This document shows, piece after piece, positions 48,668-57,724 of a stretch of DNA of 64,000 bases. How positions within the stretch are numbered: the stretch's first letter is position 1; each line of letters opens with the position of its first letter. This DNA is from an uncultured Oscillibacter sp. (GTDB taxonomy: Bacteria > Bacillota > Clostridia > Oscillospirales > Oscillospiraceae): NCBI GenBank assembly GCA_910589315.1, contig CAJUTB010000012.1, forward strand, positions 960 through 64,959. Direction: 5' to 3'. The translations under genes and the position numbers were made by a program. The notes beneath the pieces are model-generated. The model ran no database searches and was not told where the DNA came from. It worked only from the letters and a program-made list of their open reading frames with translations.

Positions 48668-50449
48668 TCAGGTCTCGCCTTCCTGAAGGGCGTCCCGCTT
48701 CTTCACCACCGCATAGGCATAGGTGGAAATCAGCGGATATTCCGCGCAGGAAATGCGGACCTCAAACACGCCTTCCCGTCCCGGCGCAGTGTAAATGCCG
48801 TCGGAGGTGATCTCGCCGGAATCCTTCTCCGTCAGCTCATAGGTCAAGGTACAAGGGTCCATGTTGTTGAAGCGCACATTAAAGTAATGGCTGCTTCGGG
48901 TAGCCATTACAACCGTGGGCTGAATCACCGCAATGCTCTTGCCGGTGAGCTTCTGAACCTTGTTCTCTTCCTCGCCGCCGGGCAGGGAAATTGCCGTCCA
49001 GCGCAGGGGCAGAACCACCTGATTGCTGTCCTCCAGAAGCCGCGCCGCAATGACGAAGCTGCCCCGGTCGTTCATGACCTTCACCGCGATTTCCGCGGCG
49101 GCAGGCGGCGGCTCCTGGGGAAACAGTCCGGCGTTTCCATAAATGGTATTCCGGGCCGTGGTTCCCAACTTGGGGTCCTCCGCCAGATATTCCGGTCCGG
49201 CGGAAACATAGACGATGCCCGGCCCCAAGCCGTGGACAATCTCATCCGAATAGGCAATGCGCCCCCGGCGCATATCCGGTCCCAGCGGGATGTCACAGAT
49301 GCCGGTTGCATAAACCGGCTCCACAATTCGCTCCAGCGGGCGGTGGACATCCTGCCGCATACAATCCGCAGAGCCGCCCGGCTCCTGCCGGAACCACCGC
49401 TCCAATTCCTCCCGCAGCGGGGCTGAAGCGGGCGTCCGTATGTACTGCCGCACGCCGGCAGTCCGAATCTCCTCGATCAAATAGGCATTCCGGGTCCGCT
49501 GCAAGGCGATTTCCGCCAACGGCACGAAATCCTGGCCGCCGCTGGCGTTCCGCAGTTCCAGACTCGCGGAGGATACCGCCTGGTCCAGAATCTCCGTGGT
49601 GTCCGCTTCCGTCACGACGGCCCGGAGGGCAAAGCCGTCCTTCGCTGTCCGCGTCTCGCCGCCCACCTGTACCTCAATGCTCTCCGCCGCCGCCAGCAGC
49701 ACCGATTCCGGCGCGGGGGCCGTCTGGGCCGTGAGCCAGCGGGTATACACGGTCTCCGTCTCCGGGCACAGCTCCCGCAGCTCCACGGCCAGCTCATGTC
49801 CGCCGGTTTCATCCGTGAAGGCCGGCGTCTGCAAAACGGTTTTCAAGGTCAGCGGTCCCGCGTCCTCCCGCAGACGCCGGACGGTGATTTCCAGCCGTGC
49901 CGACGCGCCGCAGGCGCTTTGGGCGGGCATGGCGCAGGTCACAGTATACTCCTCCCCGGCGTACAGCACGGCGGAAGCCAGAAATTCCGGTTCCGGCGGG
50001 CAGAGGGGCGGCAGACTCTCCCGGTCCTGCAAAAAGAGCTGCCAGCCCTCCCGGACACGGTTGCACTCATAATTCTCGCCGCTGTTCTGTCCCTGGACGG
50101 TATAGACCGGGTGAACGCTCTCCTCCCGGCGGCGCAGGCACAAAACGGCCAGCTCGCTCTCCAGTGTCTCGAAGCCGTCCACAGCGGAGAGTTTCCGAAC
50201 CGCCGGATTTTCCAAGGCAATTTCCCGCCCGCAGCCGTCCACGGCCACGCCGGAGTCCACCATAATGGACAAATCGTCCAGACTGTACACCCCCAGCCCG
50301 CAGACAATGCCGCTGCCGAACATCATCTCGTTCAAAAAGCGGCGTTTATGGCTGTTGTAGGTCTGTTCCGCCTGGAAATCGGCGGAAGTCAGCAATTTTC
50401 CAACGTAATAACGGTTTCGCTCAAATGGCAACAGCTGATTACTTTCCAT
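48668..50449 (-). CDS. Afp13-like CIS fibre/baseplate-attached protein
   Basis: FERNRYYVGKLLTSADFQAEQTY...RRFLN....GSGIVCGL.V....VDSGVAVDGCGREI is the N-terminal motif of eCIS fibre-like proteins; the C-terminus is beta/Ig-like (GEITSDGIYTAP). Confidence 0.75.
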   Translation of the reverse strand: MESNQLLPFERNRYYVGKLLTSADFQAEQTYNSHKRRFLNEMMFGSGIVCGLGVYSLDDLSIMVDSGVAVDGCGREIALENPAVRKLSAVDGFETLESELAVLCLRRREESVHPVYTVQGQNSGENYECNRVREGWQLFLQDRESLPPLCPPEPEFLASAVLYAGEEYTVTCAMPAQSACGASARLEITVRRLREDAGPLTLKTVLQTPAFTDETGGHELAVELRELCPETETVYTRWLTAQTAPAPESVLLAAAESIEVQVGGETRTAKDGFALRAVVTEADTTEILDQAVSSASLELRNASGGQDFVPLAEIALQRTRNAYLIEEIRTAGVRQYIRTPASAPLREELERWFRQEPGGSADCMRQDVHRPLERIVEPVYATGICDIPLGPDMRRGRIAYSDEIVHGLGPGIVYVSAGPEYLAEDPKLGTTARNTIYGNAGLFPQEPPPAAAEIAVKVMNDRGSFVIAARLLEDSNQVVLPLRWTAISLPGGEEENKVQKLTGKSIAVIQPTVVMATRSSHYFNVRFNNMDPCTLTYELTEKDSGEITSDGIYTAPGREGVFEVRISCAEYPLISTYAYAVVKKRDALQEGET

Positions 50450-50478
50450 AAGGGCACCTTCCTTGCGTTCTTGCCGAC

Positions 50479-50522
50479 ATTATATCATCGTTTTCCACAT
50501 TTTTTCCTAAAGGTTTCCTAAA
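50479..50522 (-). promoter_or_regulatory. Putative CIS operon promoter: extended -10 plus tandem direct repeats over the -35 region
   Basis: Minus strand reads TTTAGGAAAcc TTTAGGAAAaa atgtGGAAAac ga TGaTATAAT; the two perfect 9-mers are at 50514-50522 and 50503-50511 (11-bp period). Confidence 0.6.
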
Positions 50523-50559
50523 AAAACGGTGTGTCCTTCTTAGAAGGACACACCGTTTT
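50521..50559 (-). terminator. Intrinsic terminator of the amidohydrolase gene
   Basis: AAAACGGTGTGTCCTTC-tta-GAAGGACACACCGTTTT perfect stem followed by a T tract on the minus strand. Confidence 0.85.
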
Positions 50560-51376
50560 ACTGTCCCAGGCCGTAGACCCGGTTCGCATTTTCATGGAAC
50601 ACCGCCGCCCAATGCCGCTCGGGCACAAGGCTTTGGATAAAGGAAACGTATTCGCCCAGGTTGATGATGGGCCAGTCCGTTCCGAACAAAAACCGGCTCC
50701 AATCGCCGGACGCCGCCAGCCATGTCCGCAATAAAAAGACATATCCCGCCTGTTCCGCGTGGTACTCCGCCAGGTTTACGCGGCCTTCCAAAAGGCCGGA
50801 AAGATCGGCGGAAACATTCGGGTTTTTCGCAAGCACCGCCGCGGCGGATTCCAAAAAGGGATTTCCAAAATGGCACATCACAAACCGCGTCTCCGGATGG
50901 TCCGCCGCCACTTCGTCCAGCGACAGGGGATGGCAGTATTTCAAATGCGCCTGGGGAAACGACGTAAGGCCCATATGGACGGCCACGGGTTTTTTGTACC
51001 GCGCCGCCAGTTCATACACCGGCCCGTACAGCGGGTCCGACAGCCGGAGCTTGTTGTAGCCGGGATACAGCTTCACGCCGCAGCAGCTCTCCCGCTGCAA
51101 ATTTGCCTCTACCTTCTCCGCCAGGTCCGGTATTACCGCGCCCCCGCTGTCCAGCAGGGAGCTGTCCAGGCCGATGCAGTAATGAAACAGGTCCGCCGGG
51201 TAGTCGTGATACGCCGGGTCCAGACTGCGGTTGCCCATGACCACGCCATGGACAATTTCCAATTCCCCGTAAACCTGCCGCAGATGCTCGATGCTGTTGT
51301 GATGTCCCACGTTCTGCGCCATCTCCTCCGCCTCCGGGTTCCGGAACAAATGCAGGTGCGCGTCAATGATTTTCAT
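50558..51376 (-). CDS. Amidohydrolase family protein (amidohydro_2-like)
   Basis: IIDAHLH, GVKLYPGY, PVAVHMG, MCHFGNP, FLFGTDWP, ENANRVY. Confidence 0.9.
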   Translation of the reverse strand: MKIIDAHLHLFRNPEAEEMAQNVGHHNSIEHLRQVYGELEIVHGVVMGNRSLDPAYHDYPADLFHYCIGLDSSLLDSGGAVIPDLAEKVEANLQRESCCGVKLYPGYNKLRLSDPLYGPVYELAARYKKPVAVHMGLTSFPQAHLKYCHPLSLDEVAADHPETRFVMCHFGNPFLESAAAVLAKNPNVSADLSGLLEGRVNLAEYHAEQAGYVFLLRTWLAASGDWSRFLFGTDWPIINLGEYVSFIQSLVPERHWAAVFHENANRVYGLGQ

Positions 51377-51466
51377 GAAATCCTCTCCTTTGGGTACAAA
51401 CGGTAAGACGCTGTTATTATAGCACACCCGGCGGAAACTGTCAGCCGCAAAAAAGAGCGCTTCGCC

Positions 51467-52420
51467 TCATTCCTGCGACGCGCTCACGGAAAAGGCCGCC
51501 GGACGCAGCGGCAGCGTCAAGGTAATGCCCATTCCCCGGCCCAGGCTGCTCTGGGCCGAGATGGCCCCGCCATGGGCCTCTACCGTCCGCCTGACCAGAT
51601 ACAGGCCGTAGCCCTGGCCGCGGACGTGATTGGAACCCTGAAAATTGGCCTCGAAAATGTGCGCCGTCTCCTCCTCCGGCAGGCCCATTCCGTCGTCCCG
51701 GACCTGAATATCCACCTGCTCGCCCTTCCGCACCACGCGGATGGTAACGCTTCCGGGACGGCCCATGTATTTGACGGCGTTTTCCAAAAGATTAAACAGC
51801 ACCCGATTCATCAGGTATGAATCCATTTGCACCGTGAGATGGTCTTCCTGGGACACCACCTGCACGCTGACGCCCTGTTCCGCCGCCGCTGTGCGGATGT
51901 CGGCCGCCGCCTGGCGCACCAAATCCATCAGGTCGATTTCCGAATAGGAAAGCTGGTTGAACAGCCCGTCTGTGGAAAACTGCCGGCTCATGACATCCGT
52001 CATGTACTGACTCCGCTGGACGATTTTTCCCAGGTACTCCCGCCGGACCTCCGGGTCCGTAATGACATCCCCTTCCAGCAGCTCCGCATAACCCTGGATA
52101 ATCGCCACCGGCATCCGCAGGCTGTGGGACAACGTACTCCGAAACGCTTCCAATTCCCGGCGGCTCGATACCGCCTGGTTCTTCATCGCCTCCTGATACT
52201 CCAGCTCCCGCGTTTCCAGAGCCGCCGCATAATCCTGCCGCTCCGCCGCCTGCATCCGCTTCCTGCGGCGCAGCAGGACGGCGGCCGACGCGATGCCCAG
52301 CAATTCCAGCAGCAGTCCCGGAATCCCTGCCGTTCCCGCCGTCAGCCACAGGCCGCAGCTCCCCAGAAACGCCCCGCATACCAGCACAGTCAATATACCG
52401 TCCTTTTCTTTCAAATTCAC
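51467..52420 (-). CDS. Sensor histidine kinase (two N-terminal TM helices, no extracellular domain)
   Basis: LSHSLRMP H-box, NLLENAVKY N-box, VRDDGMG G1, GQGYGL G2. Confidence 0.9.
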   Translation of the reverse strand: MNLKEKDGILTVLVCGAFLGSCGLWLTAGTAGIPGLLLELLGIASAAVLLRRRKRMQAAERQDYAAALETRELEYQEAMKNQAVSSRRELEAFRSTLSHSLRMPVAIIQGYAELLEGDVITDPEVRREYLGKIVQRSQYMTDVMSRQFSTDGLFNQLSYSEIDLMDLVRQAAADIRTAAAEQGVSVQVVSQEDHLTVQMDSYLMNRVLFNLLENAVKYMGRPGSVTIRVVRKGEQVDIQVRDDGMGLPEEETAHIFEANFQGSNHVRGQGYGLYLVRRTVEAHGGAISAQSSLGRGMGITLTLPLRPAAFSVSASQE

Positions 52421-52672
52421 ACACTTCCTTTTTTGGTGGTGACATTTGCCGGTCTTTGTTGTATAATTTCTTTGCCATGCTATTTATGCAAAAAAACGGC
52501 CCCTTTTCAAAAGGCCAGTTTCCATTGTCTCTTTGCATTACCATAACATTTTCCAGTGTAATGTCAAGCCGCATCACACAAGATGTTGGAATCACGCATA
52601 AGATGTCCGCTTCCGCTTCCAAAAATATGGTATAATAGTGACGATATTTTTCGAGCTAGGAGATGGATATTT

Positions 52673-53344
52673 ATGTATTCGATTTTGCTGGTGGAGGATG
52701 ACCGGGACCTTTCCGCCATCACTCATGCCAACCTCGCTCACGCAGGACATCAGGTGGACGCCGCCTTTACCTGCGCCCAGGCGGAGACGCTTCTTGCCAA
52801 GAAGCAATACGACATGATTCTTCTGGATGTCATGCTCCCCGACCGTTCCGGCAGCGAGCTTTGCCGCTCCATCCGCAAGGACTGCGACAGCCCGATTATT
52901 TTCCTCAGCTGCGTCGAGAGCAGTGACACCATCGTCAACGCCCTCCGCAGCGGCGGGGACGATTACATGGTTAAGCCTGTCCGCTATCCGGAGCTTCTGG
53001 CCCGCGTGGATGCCGTCATCCGGCGTTCCCACCAGAAAAAGCGCGCTTCCCAGCGGGTTTTCCAGTCCTTTACGATGGATATCCCCCACCGCCGCATTCT
53101 CCGGGACGGCCAGGAGGTGGATTTATCCTCCATCGAATTCGCTTTGCTGCAATACATGACCAGCCATCCCGACACCCTTCTGCTCTATCAGGACCTGTAT
53201 CAAAACGTCTGGGCCACCGACAGCCTGGGGGACTTCCGCACCGTTATGGTACACATTTCCAACCTTCGGAAGAAAATCGACCCGAACCGCCGGGGGATTA
53301 TCGAAACCGTCCGGGGCGCGGGTTACATCTTTTCCGACGTTTGA
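52673..53344 (+). CDS. OmpR/PhoB-family response regulator
   Basis: ILLVEDD, LLDVMLP, DDYMVKP, RTVMVHISNLRKKI, IETVRGAGY; ATG 52673. Confidence 0.95.
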   Translation: MYSILLVEDDRDLSAITHANLAHAGHQVDAAFTCAQAETLLAKKQYDMILLDVMLPDRSGSELCRSIRKDCDSPIIFLSCVESSDTIVNALRSGGDDYMVKPVRYPELLARVDAVIRRSHQKKRASQRVFQSFTMDIPHRRILRDGQEVDLSSIEFALLQYMTSHPDTLLLYQDLYQNVWATDSLGDFRTVMVHISNLRKKIDPNRRGIIETVRGAGYIFSDV

Positions 53345-53365
53345 CGGCTTGCCAAAGGAGGCATT

Positions 53366-55609
53366 ATGGATTTTTTTGATTTGGACCGGCGGCAGCAGCC
53401 CTTCGCCAGTTATCAGGACTATACAAACCATCTCTTTACCTGCGTGAATTTGCAGCTTTCCGCCTACATTCAACGCCTGATGGCGTTGTTTGCCAAGGAC
53501 AGCGGCGGTTTTAAGAACGTTCTTTATCCCGACATCGAGGTAGCAAGAGACTTGTGCGAACAGCAGCTTTTGGACGCCCGGTCCGCCCTTTCGCCGCCGG
53601 ACGGCCAGGAACCGGAGGAAATTTCCGCCGGATTGGAGGACCTGTTTGCAGACATCATGGAGGACGAACCGGAGGCGGAACCAGCCCTATCGCCGGAAGA
53701 AATTCTGAACTACATCGACGCGCGGGCCGCCTTAACCGAAGTCCCTCTGCCGCTCTATACCCTCTGCCGGGACTTTGCCCCCTTCACCCGTTTCTGCTTT
53801 GCCTGCGGCATCCTCTCCTCAACCCAGACGCGTTATGCGTCCATTTTTCAGGTGGTAAACCAGAACGGCGGCCAATCGGCCCCCAGCATCGAATCCGCCG
53901 CGCGGGTTTTCTTTGGCGAACAGTTCACCATCACTGGGGCTTACGGGCAAATGTCTCTGGCGTTGGAAGAGCTTCAACCCATTCTGACGCTGCAAATCAA
54001 TGGGGCAATGCCCTTTTCCACTCTGATTTCCCCCGACAAGCGGATGATTGATTTCCTTTTTGGAACGCACCCTATGCAGATCGACGAAACCTACGTCCGC
54101 TTTTTCTCCCGCCTGCCGGAACCGGAGGACCCGTTCCTGGCAAACGCCCAGGTTCTCGACGCCCTGCGGATTTCCTATGAAAGCGGCGTCCGTCTGTTCT
54201 CCCTCTTTGGCGACGAGGGGTCCGGACGGAAGTTCACTATCCGGCATTTCTGCCGGGAGCAGGGCGTTTCCTGCATCTCCATCAACTGCGCCAAGCTCTT
54301 CGTATACGATTTCCGGTTCGTGGAGCAGGCCCTTTGGGCGGCGGCGCGGGAATGCATCCTCACGGGAGCCTGCATCTGTCTGGACGGCCTGAGCTATAAA
54401 GAACCGGAAAAGGACAAATTTTTCGGCTACATGGACTTGGCCTTCGGCAAATTTCTCCGGCAGGGGCTGACGGTGTTTGCCGTCAGCAAGGAAAAACTGC
54501 CTATGCGGGAGATGACGGACCTTGATTTCACCCAGTTGGAACTCCCCACCCCTACCAACGCCGAGCGGGAAACCGTCTGGCAATTTTATGCGAAGCCGTA
54601 TATCCTGGGCCCGGATGTGGAACTCTCTGAAATGGCGGTAAAATTCCTGTTCACACCAGGCAAGATCAAGGCGGCCCTGCGGCAAGGCAAGGCTCTGGCG
54701 GCTATGGAAAAATTTTTGGATATTCCCCGTTCCGTTTTGTTCCAGGCGTGTTATAATCAGATGAGCCACGAGCTGACTCAGAAGGCTACGAAAATCAAGG
54801 CCAATTTCGGCTGGGACGACATTGTCATGAACCCGGACCAGCGGCTGGCCCTGAAAAATGCCTGCGACCAGCTCTTGTTCCGGAAAAAAGTTTACGAGGA
54901 ATGGGACTACAACCGGAAATATCCCTACGGGCGCGGCCTCTCCGTGCTGCTGTTCGGCGCGCCGGGGACCGGTAAATCCATGTGTGCCCAGGTCATCGCC
55001 CACGAGCTGAATCTGGAGCTTTACCGCGTGGATTTGAGTAAGGTTGTCGACAAATATGTAGGCGAAACAGAAAAATCCATCTCCATGATTTTCCGGGAGG
55101 CCAAGAAGTGCAACGTCGTTTTGTTTTTCGACGAATGCGACACCTTGTTTGCCAAGCGTTCCGACGACGGCGGAAGCAACCAGTCCTCTAACAACAACAA
55201 AACCGCCCTGCTCTTGCAGGAGGTGGAGGCGTATGACGGCGTGTCCGTTCTGGCCACCAACTATAAGCACAACATCGACCCCGCCTTCTTCCGCCGGATG
55301 AAATTCATCGTGGAATTCCAGTTCCCCGATGTGGAGACCCGTAAGGTTCTTTGGACCACCACCATCCCCGCATCCACTCCTTTGGCGGAAGATGTGGACA
55401 TTGACTTTCTGGCGGAACGGTTCGAGTTTGTGGGCGGCAATATCAAAAACTGCATCTTAAACGCGGCCTTCCTCGCGGCGGCAGACCCCGAGGCCGAAGG
55501 CGAAGTGCATATGAAACACTACCTGCAAGCCATTAAATACGAATTTGTGAAAACCGGCAAGGTGTTTACGCGGGCCGACTTCGAGCCTTACGCCAGCATG
55601 GTTTTGTAA
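53366..55609 (+). CDS. AAA+ ATPase, Afp15/Pvc15-like (CDC48-related)
   Basis: Degenerate first AAA module (GDEGSGRKF) and intact second (WDDIV...GAPGTGKS...LYRVDLSKVVDKYVGETEK...VLFFDECDTLFAKRS...IDPAFFRR), typical of eCIS ATPases. Confidence 0.88.
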   Translation: MDFFDLDRRQQPFASYQDYTNHLFTCVNLQLSAYIQRLMALFAKDSGGFKNVLYPDIEVARDLCEQQLLDARSALSPPDGQEPEEISAGLEDLFADIMEDEPEAEPALSPEEILNYIDARAALTEVPLPLYTLCRDFAPFTRFCFACGILSSTQTRYASIFQVVNQNGGQSAPSIESAARVFFGEQFTITGAYGQMSLALEELQPILTLQINGAMPFSTLISPDKRMIDFLFGTHPMQIDETYVRFFSRLPEPEDPFLANAQVLDALRISYESGVRLFSLFGDEGSGRKFTIRHFCREQGVSCISINCAKLFVYDFRFVEQALWAAARECILTGACICLDGLSYKEPEKDKFFGYMDLAFGKFLRQGLTVFAVSKEKLPMREMTDLDFTQLELPTPTNAERETVWQFYAKPYILGPDVELSEMAVKFLFTPGKIKAALRQGKALAAMEKFLDIPRSVLFQACYNQMSHELTQKATKIKANFGWDDIVMNPDQRLALKNACDQLLFRKKVYEEWDYNRKYPYGRGLSVLLFGAPGTGKSMCAQVIAHELNLELYRVDLSKVVDKYVGETEKSISMIFREAKKCNVVLFFDECDTLFAKRSDDGGSNQSSNNNKTALLLQEVEAYDGVSVLATNYKHNIDPAFFRRMKFIVEFQFPDVETRKVLWTTTIPASTPLAEDVDIDFLAERFEFVGGNIKNCILNAAFLAAADPEAEGEVHMKHYLQAIKYEFVKTGKVFTRADFEPYASMVL

Positions 55610-55625
55610 AGGAAGGTGTTCTTCC

Positions 55626-55859
55626 ATGCGTTCAATCGACCGGCTGGAACAGCAGCGGCGGATGAAACGGCAGAAACAGAATCTCCCGCCTCCCGACGAG
55701 GAGACGGAAGAAGAAATGGAACCGCCGAAATTCGTGCCTCTGAACCGGATGCAAAGTGCGTTCGGCGGCGTGGACGGCGCGGAGGGCCTCAATACGGCCC
55801 CCTCCGTCTTCGACGCCCAGGCCGTTTTTCACACAGAGCAAGGAGGAAATTTATTTTGA
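55626..55859 (+). CDS. Small hypothetical protein
   Basis: 77-aa ORF with AAGGAAGG upstream, packed between the ATPase and the next gene (TTGA overlap). Confidence 0.55.
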   Translation: MRSIDRLEQQRRMKRQKQNLPPPDEETEEEMEPPKFVPLNRMQSAFGGVDGAEGLNTAPSVFDAQAVFHTEQGGNLF

Positions 55860-56236
55860 ACTGCGATCAATGCGGAGGGACTTCCTCCGGAAGCTGTGAA
55901 GGCTGCGGCGGCTGTTCCAATACGGCCCTCTACCTCTCGCCGGAAGAACTGGAGATGCTGCGCCGCTTCGCTCAGACGCCTTTTCTTCCGGCGGCGGCGA
56001 AAAACGGGCCGGACGGGCCGGTTTTCCTGGAGGAGCCGGGGCAGGACCCCAGGGAACTCCGAAACACCCTCCGTAGCCTTGCGAAAAAGGGCCTGATTCG
56101 CGTGGACTACGATATTCCAATATCCAATTTTGACTATCGGGCCTATGAAGCGTATCCCCTTCATGGCAGCATGGCTCTGACCGCCCGGGGACAGGCCGTG
56201 GTGGAATTGATGGAAATTCAGGGAGTTGAAGAGTAG
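55856..56236 (+). CDS. Hypothetical protein with Cys-rich N-terminus and wHTH-like C-terminus
   Basis: TTG start after AAGGAGG; NCDQCGG...CEGCGGC; LRSLAKKGLI...ALTARGQ. Confidence 0.65.
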   Translation: MNCDQCGGTSSGSCEGCGGCSNTALYLSPEELEMLRRFAQTPFLPAAAKNGPDGPVFLEEPGQDPRELRNTLRSLAKKGLIRVDYDIPISNFDYRAYEAYPLHGSMALTARGQAVVELMEIQGVEE

Positions 56237-56237
56237 T

Positions 56238-57002
56238 ATGTGGGACCAGTTTTCCAGAACCGCCCTCCTGCTTGGCGAGGCCGGCATGGAGCGTTTGCAG
56301 CGGGCGCATATTGCGGTATTTGGTCTGGGCGGCGTGGGCGGCTGGGCCGCCGAGGCCCTGGCCCGCAGCGGCGTCGGAACCCTTACCCTGGTGGACGACG
56401 ACCGGATTGGCCGTTCAAACCTCAACCGGCAGATTTTCGCCCTGACCTCCACCATAGGCCGCGACAAGGCCGAAGCCGCCAGGGACCGCCTCCTGGACAT
56501 CAACCCGGAGGCCGTCATATATGTCCGCAAGATTTTCTTTGGTCCCCAGACGGCGGAACAGTTTGATTTCACGCAGTATAGCTACATCATCGACGCCATC
56601 GATACCGTGACCGGAAAATTGGAGCTGGTCGCGCAGGCCCGGCGGGCCGGTACGCCGGTGATCAGTTCCATGGGCACGGGAAACAAGCTCCATCCCGCCG
56701 CGCTGGAAGTGGCGGACATTTATGAAACTTCCGTCTGCCCGCTGGCCCGCGTCATGCGCAAGGAGCTAAAACGCCGTGGCGTTCCGGCTCTGAAAGTCGT
56801 CTACTCCAAAGAGCCGCCCCTTCCCCTCCAGGGCCGCGCCGCGCCGGAGGAAGAACCCGACCGGGGCGGAACGCCTTCCAGCCGCCGCTCCATTCCCGGA
56901 AGCTGCGCCTTTGTACCGCCTGCGGCGGGCCTGCTGATCGCCAGCGAAGTCGTGCGGGACCTCCTCGCGCTCCCGGACGGACAGCCTTCCTCCCTCCCTT
57001 GA
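56238..57002 (+). CDS. tcdA: tRNA threonylcarbamoyladenosine dehydratase (ThiF family)
   Basis: VFGLGGVGG.AAEALARSGVG, SNLNRQ, IDAIDT, SSMGTGNK, CPLARVMRKELK, VVYSKE. Confidence 0.9.
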   Translation: MWDQFSRTALLLGEAGMERLQRAHIAVFGLGGVGGWAAEALARSGVGTLTLVDDDRIGRSNLNRQIFALTSTIGRDKAEAARDRLLDINPEAVIYVRKIFFGPQTAEQFDFTQYSYIIDAIDTVTGKLELVAQARRAGTPVISSMGTGNKLHPAALEVADIYETSVCPLARVMRKELKRRGVPALKVVYSKEPPLPLQGRAAPEEEPDRGGTPSSRRSIPGSCAFVPPAAGLLIASEVVRDLLALPDGQPSSLP

Positions 57003-57006
57003 GCGA

Positions 57007-57042
57007 AACCGCACCCGGATGCAAAAGCATCCGGGTGCGGTT
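57007..57042. terminator. Stem-loop terminator between convergent genes
   Basis: AACCGCACCCGGATGC-aaaa-GCATCCGGGTGCGGTT perfect 16-bp stem. Confidence 0.75.
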
Positions 57043-57063
57043 GTCTTTGGACCGAAAAACAGG

Positions 57064-57714
57064 TTATTCCTGCGCCTTTTGGGCTTCCTTCGCGGCGGCT
57101 TCACGTTTGTTAATCTTGCTCTGGTTATAGATCGAGAACAAAATCACCGCAACCGCCACCAGCAAAAAGCCCACGGAAATTGGGGACGTGGCAATGGCAA
57201 AGAAATTGCCCTTCTGGATGTTCATGAAGCGGACGAAGTTCTTCTCGCACATAGGCCCAAGAATCAAGGTCAGCAGAATCGGGGAGAGCGGGAATTCATA
57301 CTTATTCATCAGCCAGCCGAGCACGCCGAAGGCTACGCAAACGCCCACGTCAAATACGTTTTTGTTGATGGAATACGCGCCCAGCAGGGAGATGATCAGG
57401 ATGATCGGATACAGCATCTTTTTCTCTACGGAGACAATCTTCGCAAAGAACCGGACGCCGCCGCAGCCCACAATCAGCATACACAGATTCGCCAGCATCA
57501 GGGCGGCAAACACGCTGTAAACGGTAGGCAGTTCGGAAATGTACATCATCGGACCGGGCTGGATTCCCTTCATGATAAACGCACCCAGCAGAATCGCCGT
57601 TACCGCGTCGCCGGGCACGCCCAGCGAGAGCAGAGGGATCATCGCGCCGCCGGAACAGCCGTTGTTGGCCGATTCCGTCGCGGCTACGCCCTGCGGAATA
57701 CCGGTGCCGTACAG
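57064..57714 (-). pseudogene. tctA: 5'-truncated tripartite tricarboxylate transporter permease (TctA) fragment
   Basis: LYGTGIPQGVAATESANNGCSGGAMIPLLSLGVPGDAVTAILLGAF...GIQPGP is the second TctA repeat; homology starts about 10 bp after the NifU stop, with no N-terminal half or tctB/tctC. Confidence 0.8.
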
Positions 57715-57724
57715 GCCCTTCCCT

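Noticed and set aside
50558..51376. Amidohydrolase as CIS effector
   Set aside because: Separated from the CIS operon by a strong terminator and has its own upstream -10-like sequence; common metabolic family, so linkage cannot be supported from sequence.
21190..55609. Canonical type VI secretion system
   Set aside because: Single phage-like sheath rather than TssB/TssC; no TssJLM, TssK, TssA or ClpV recognised.
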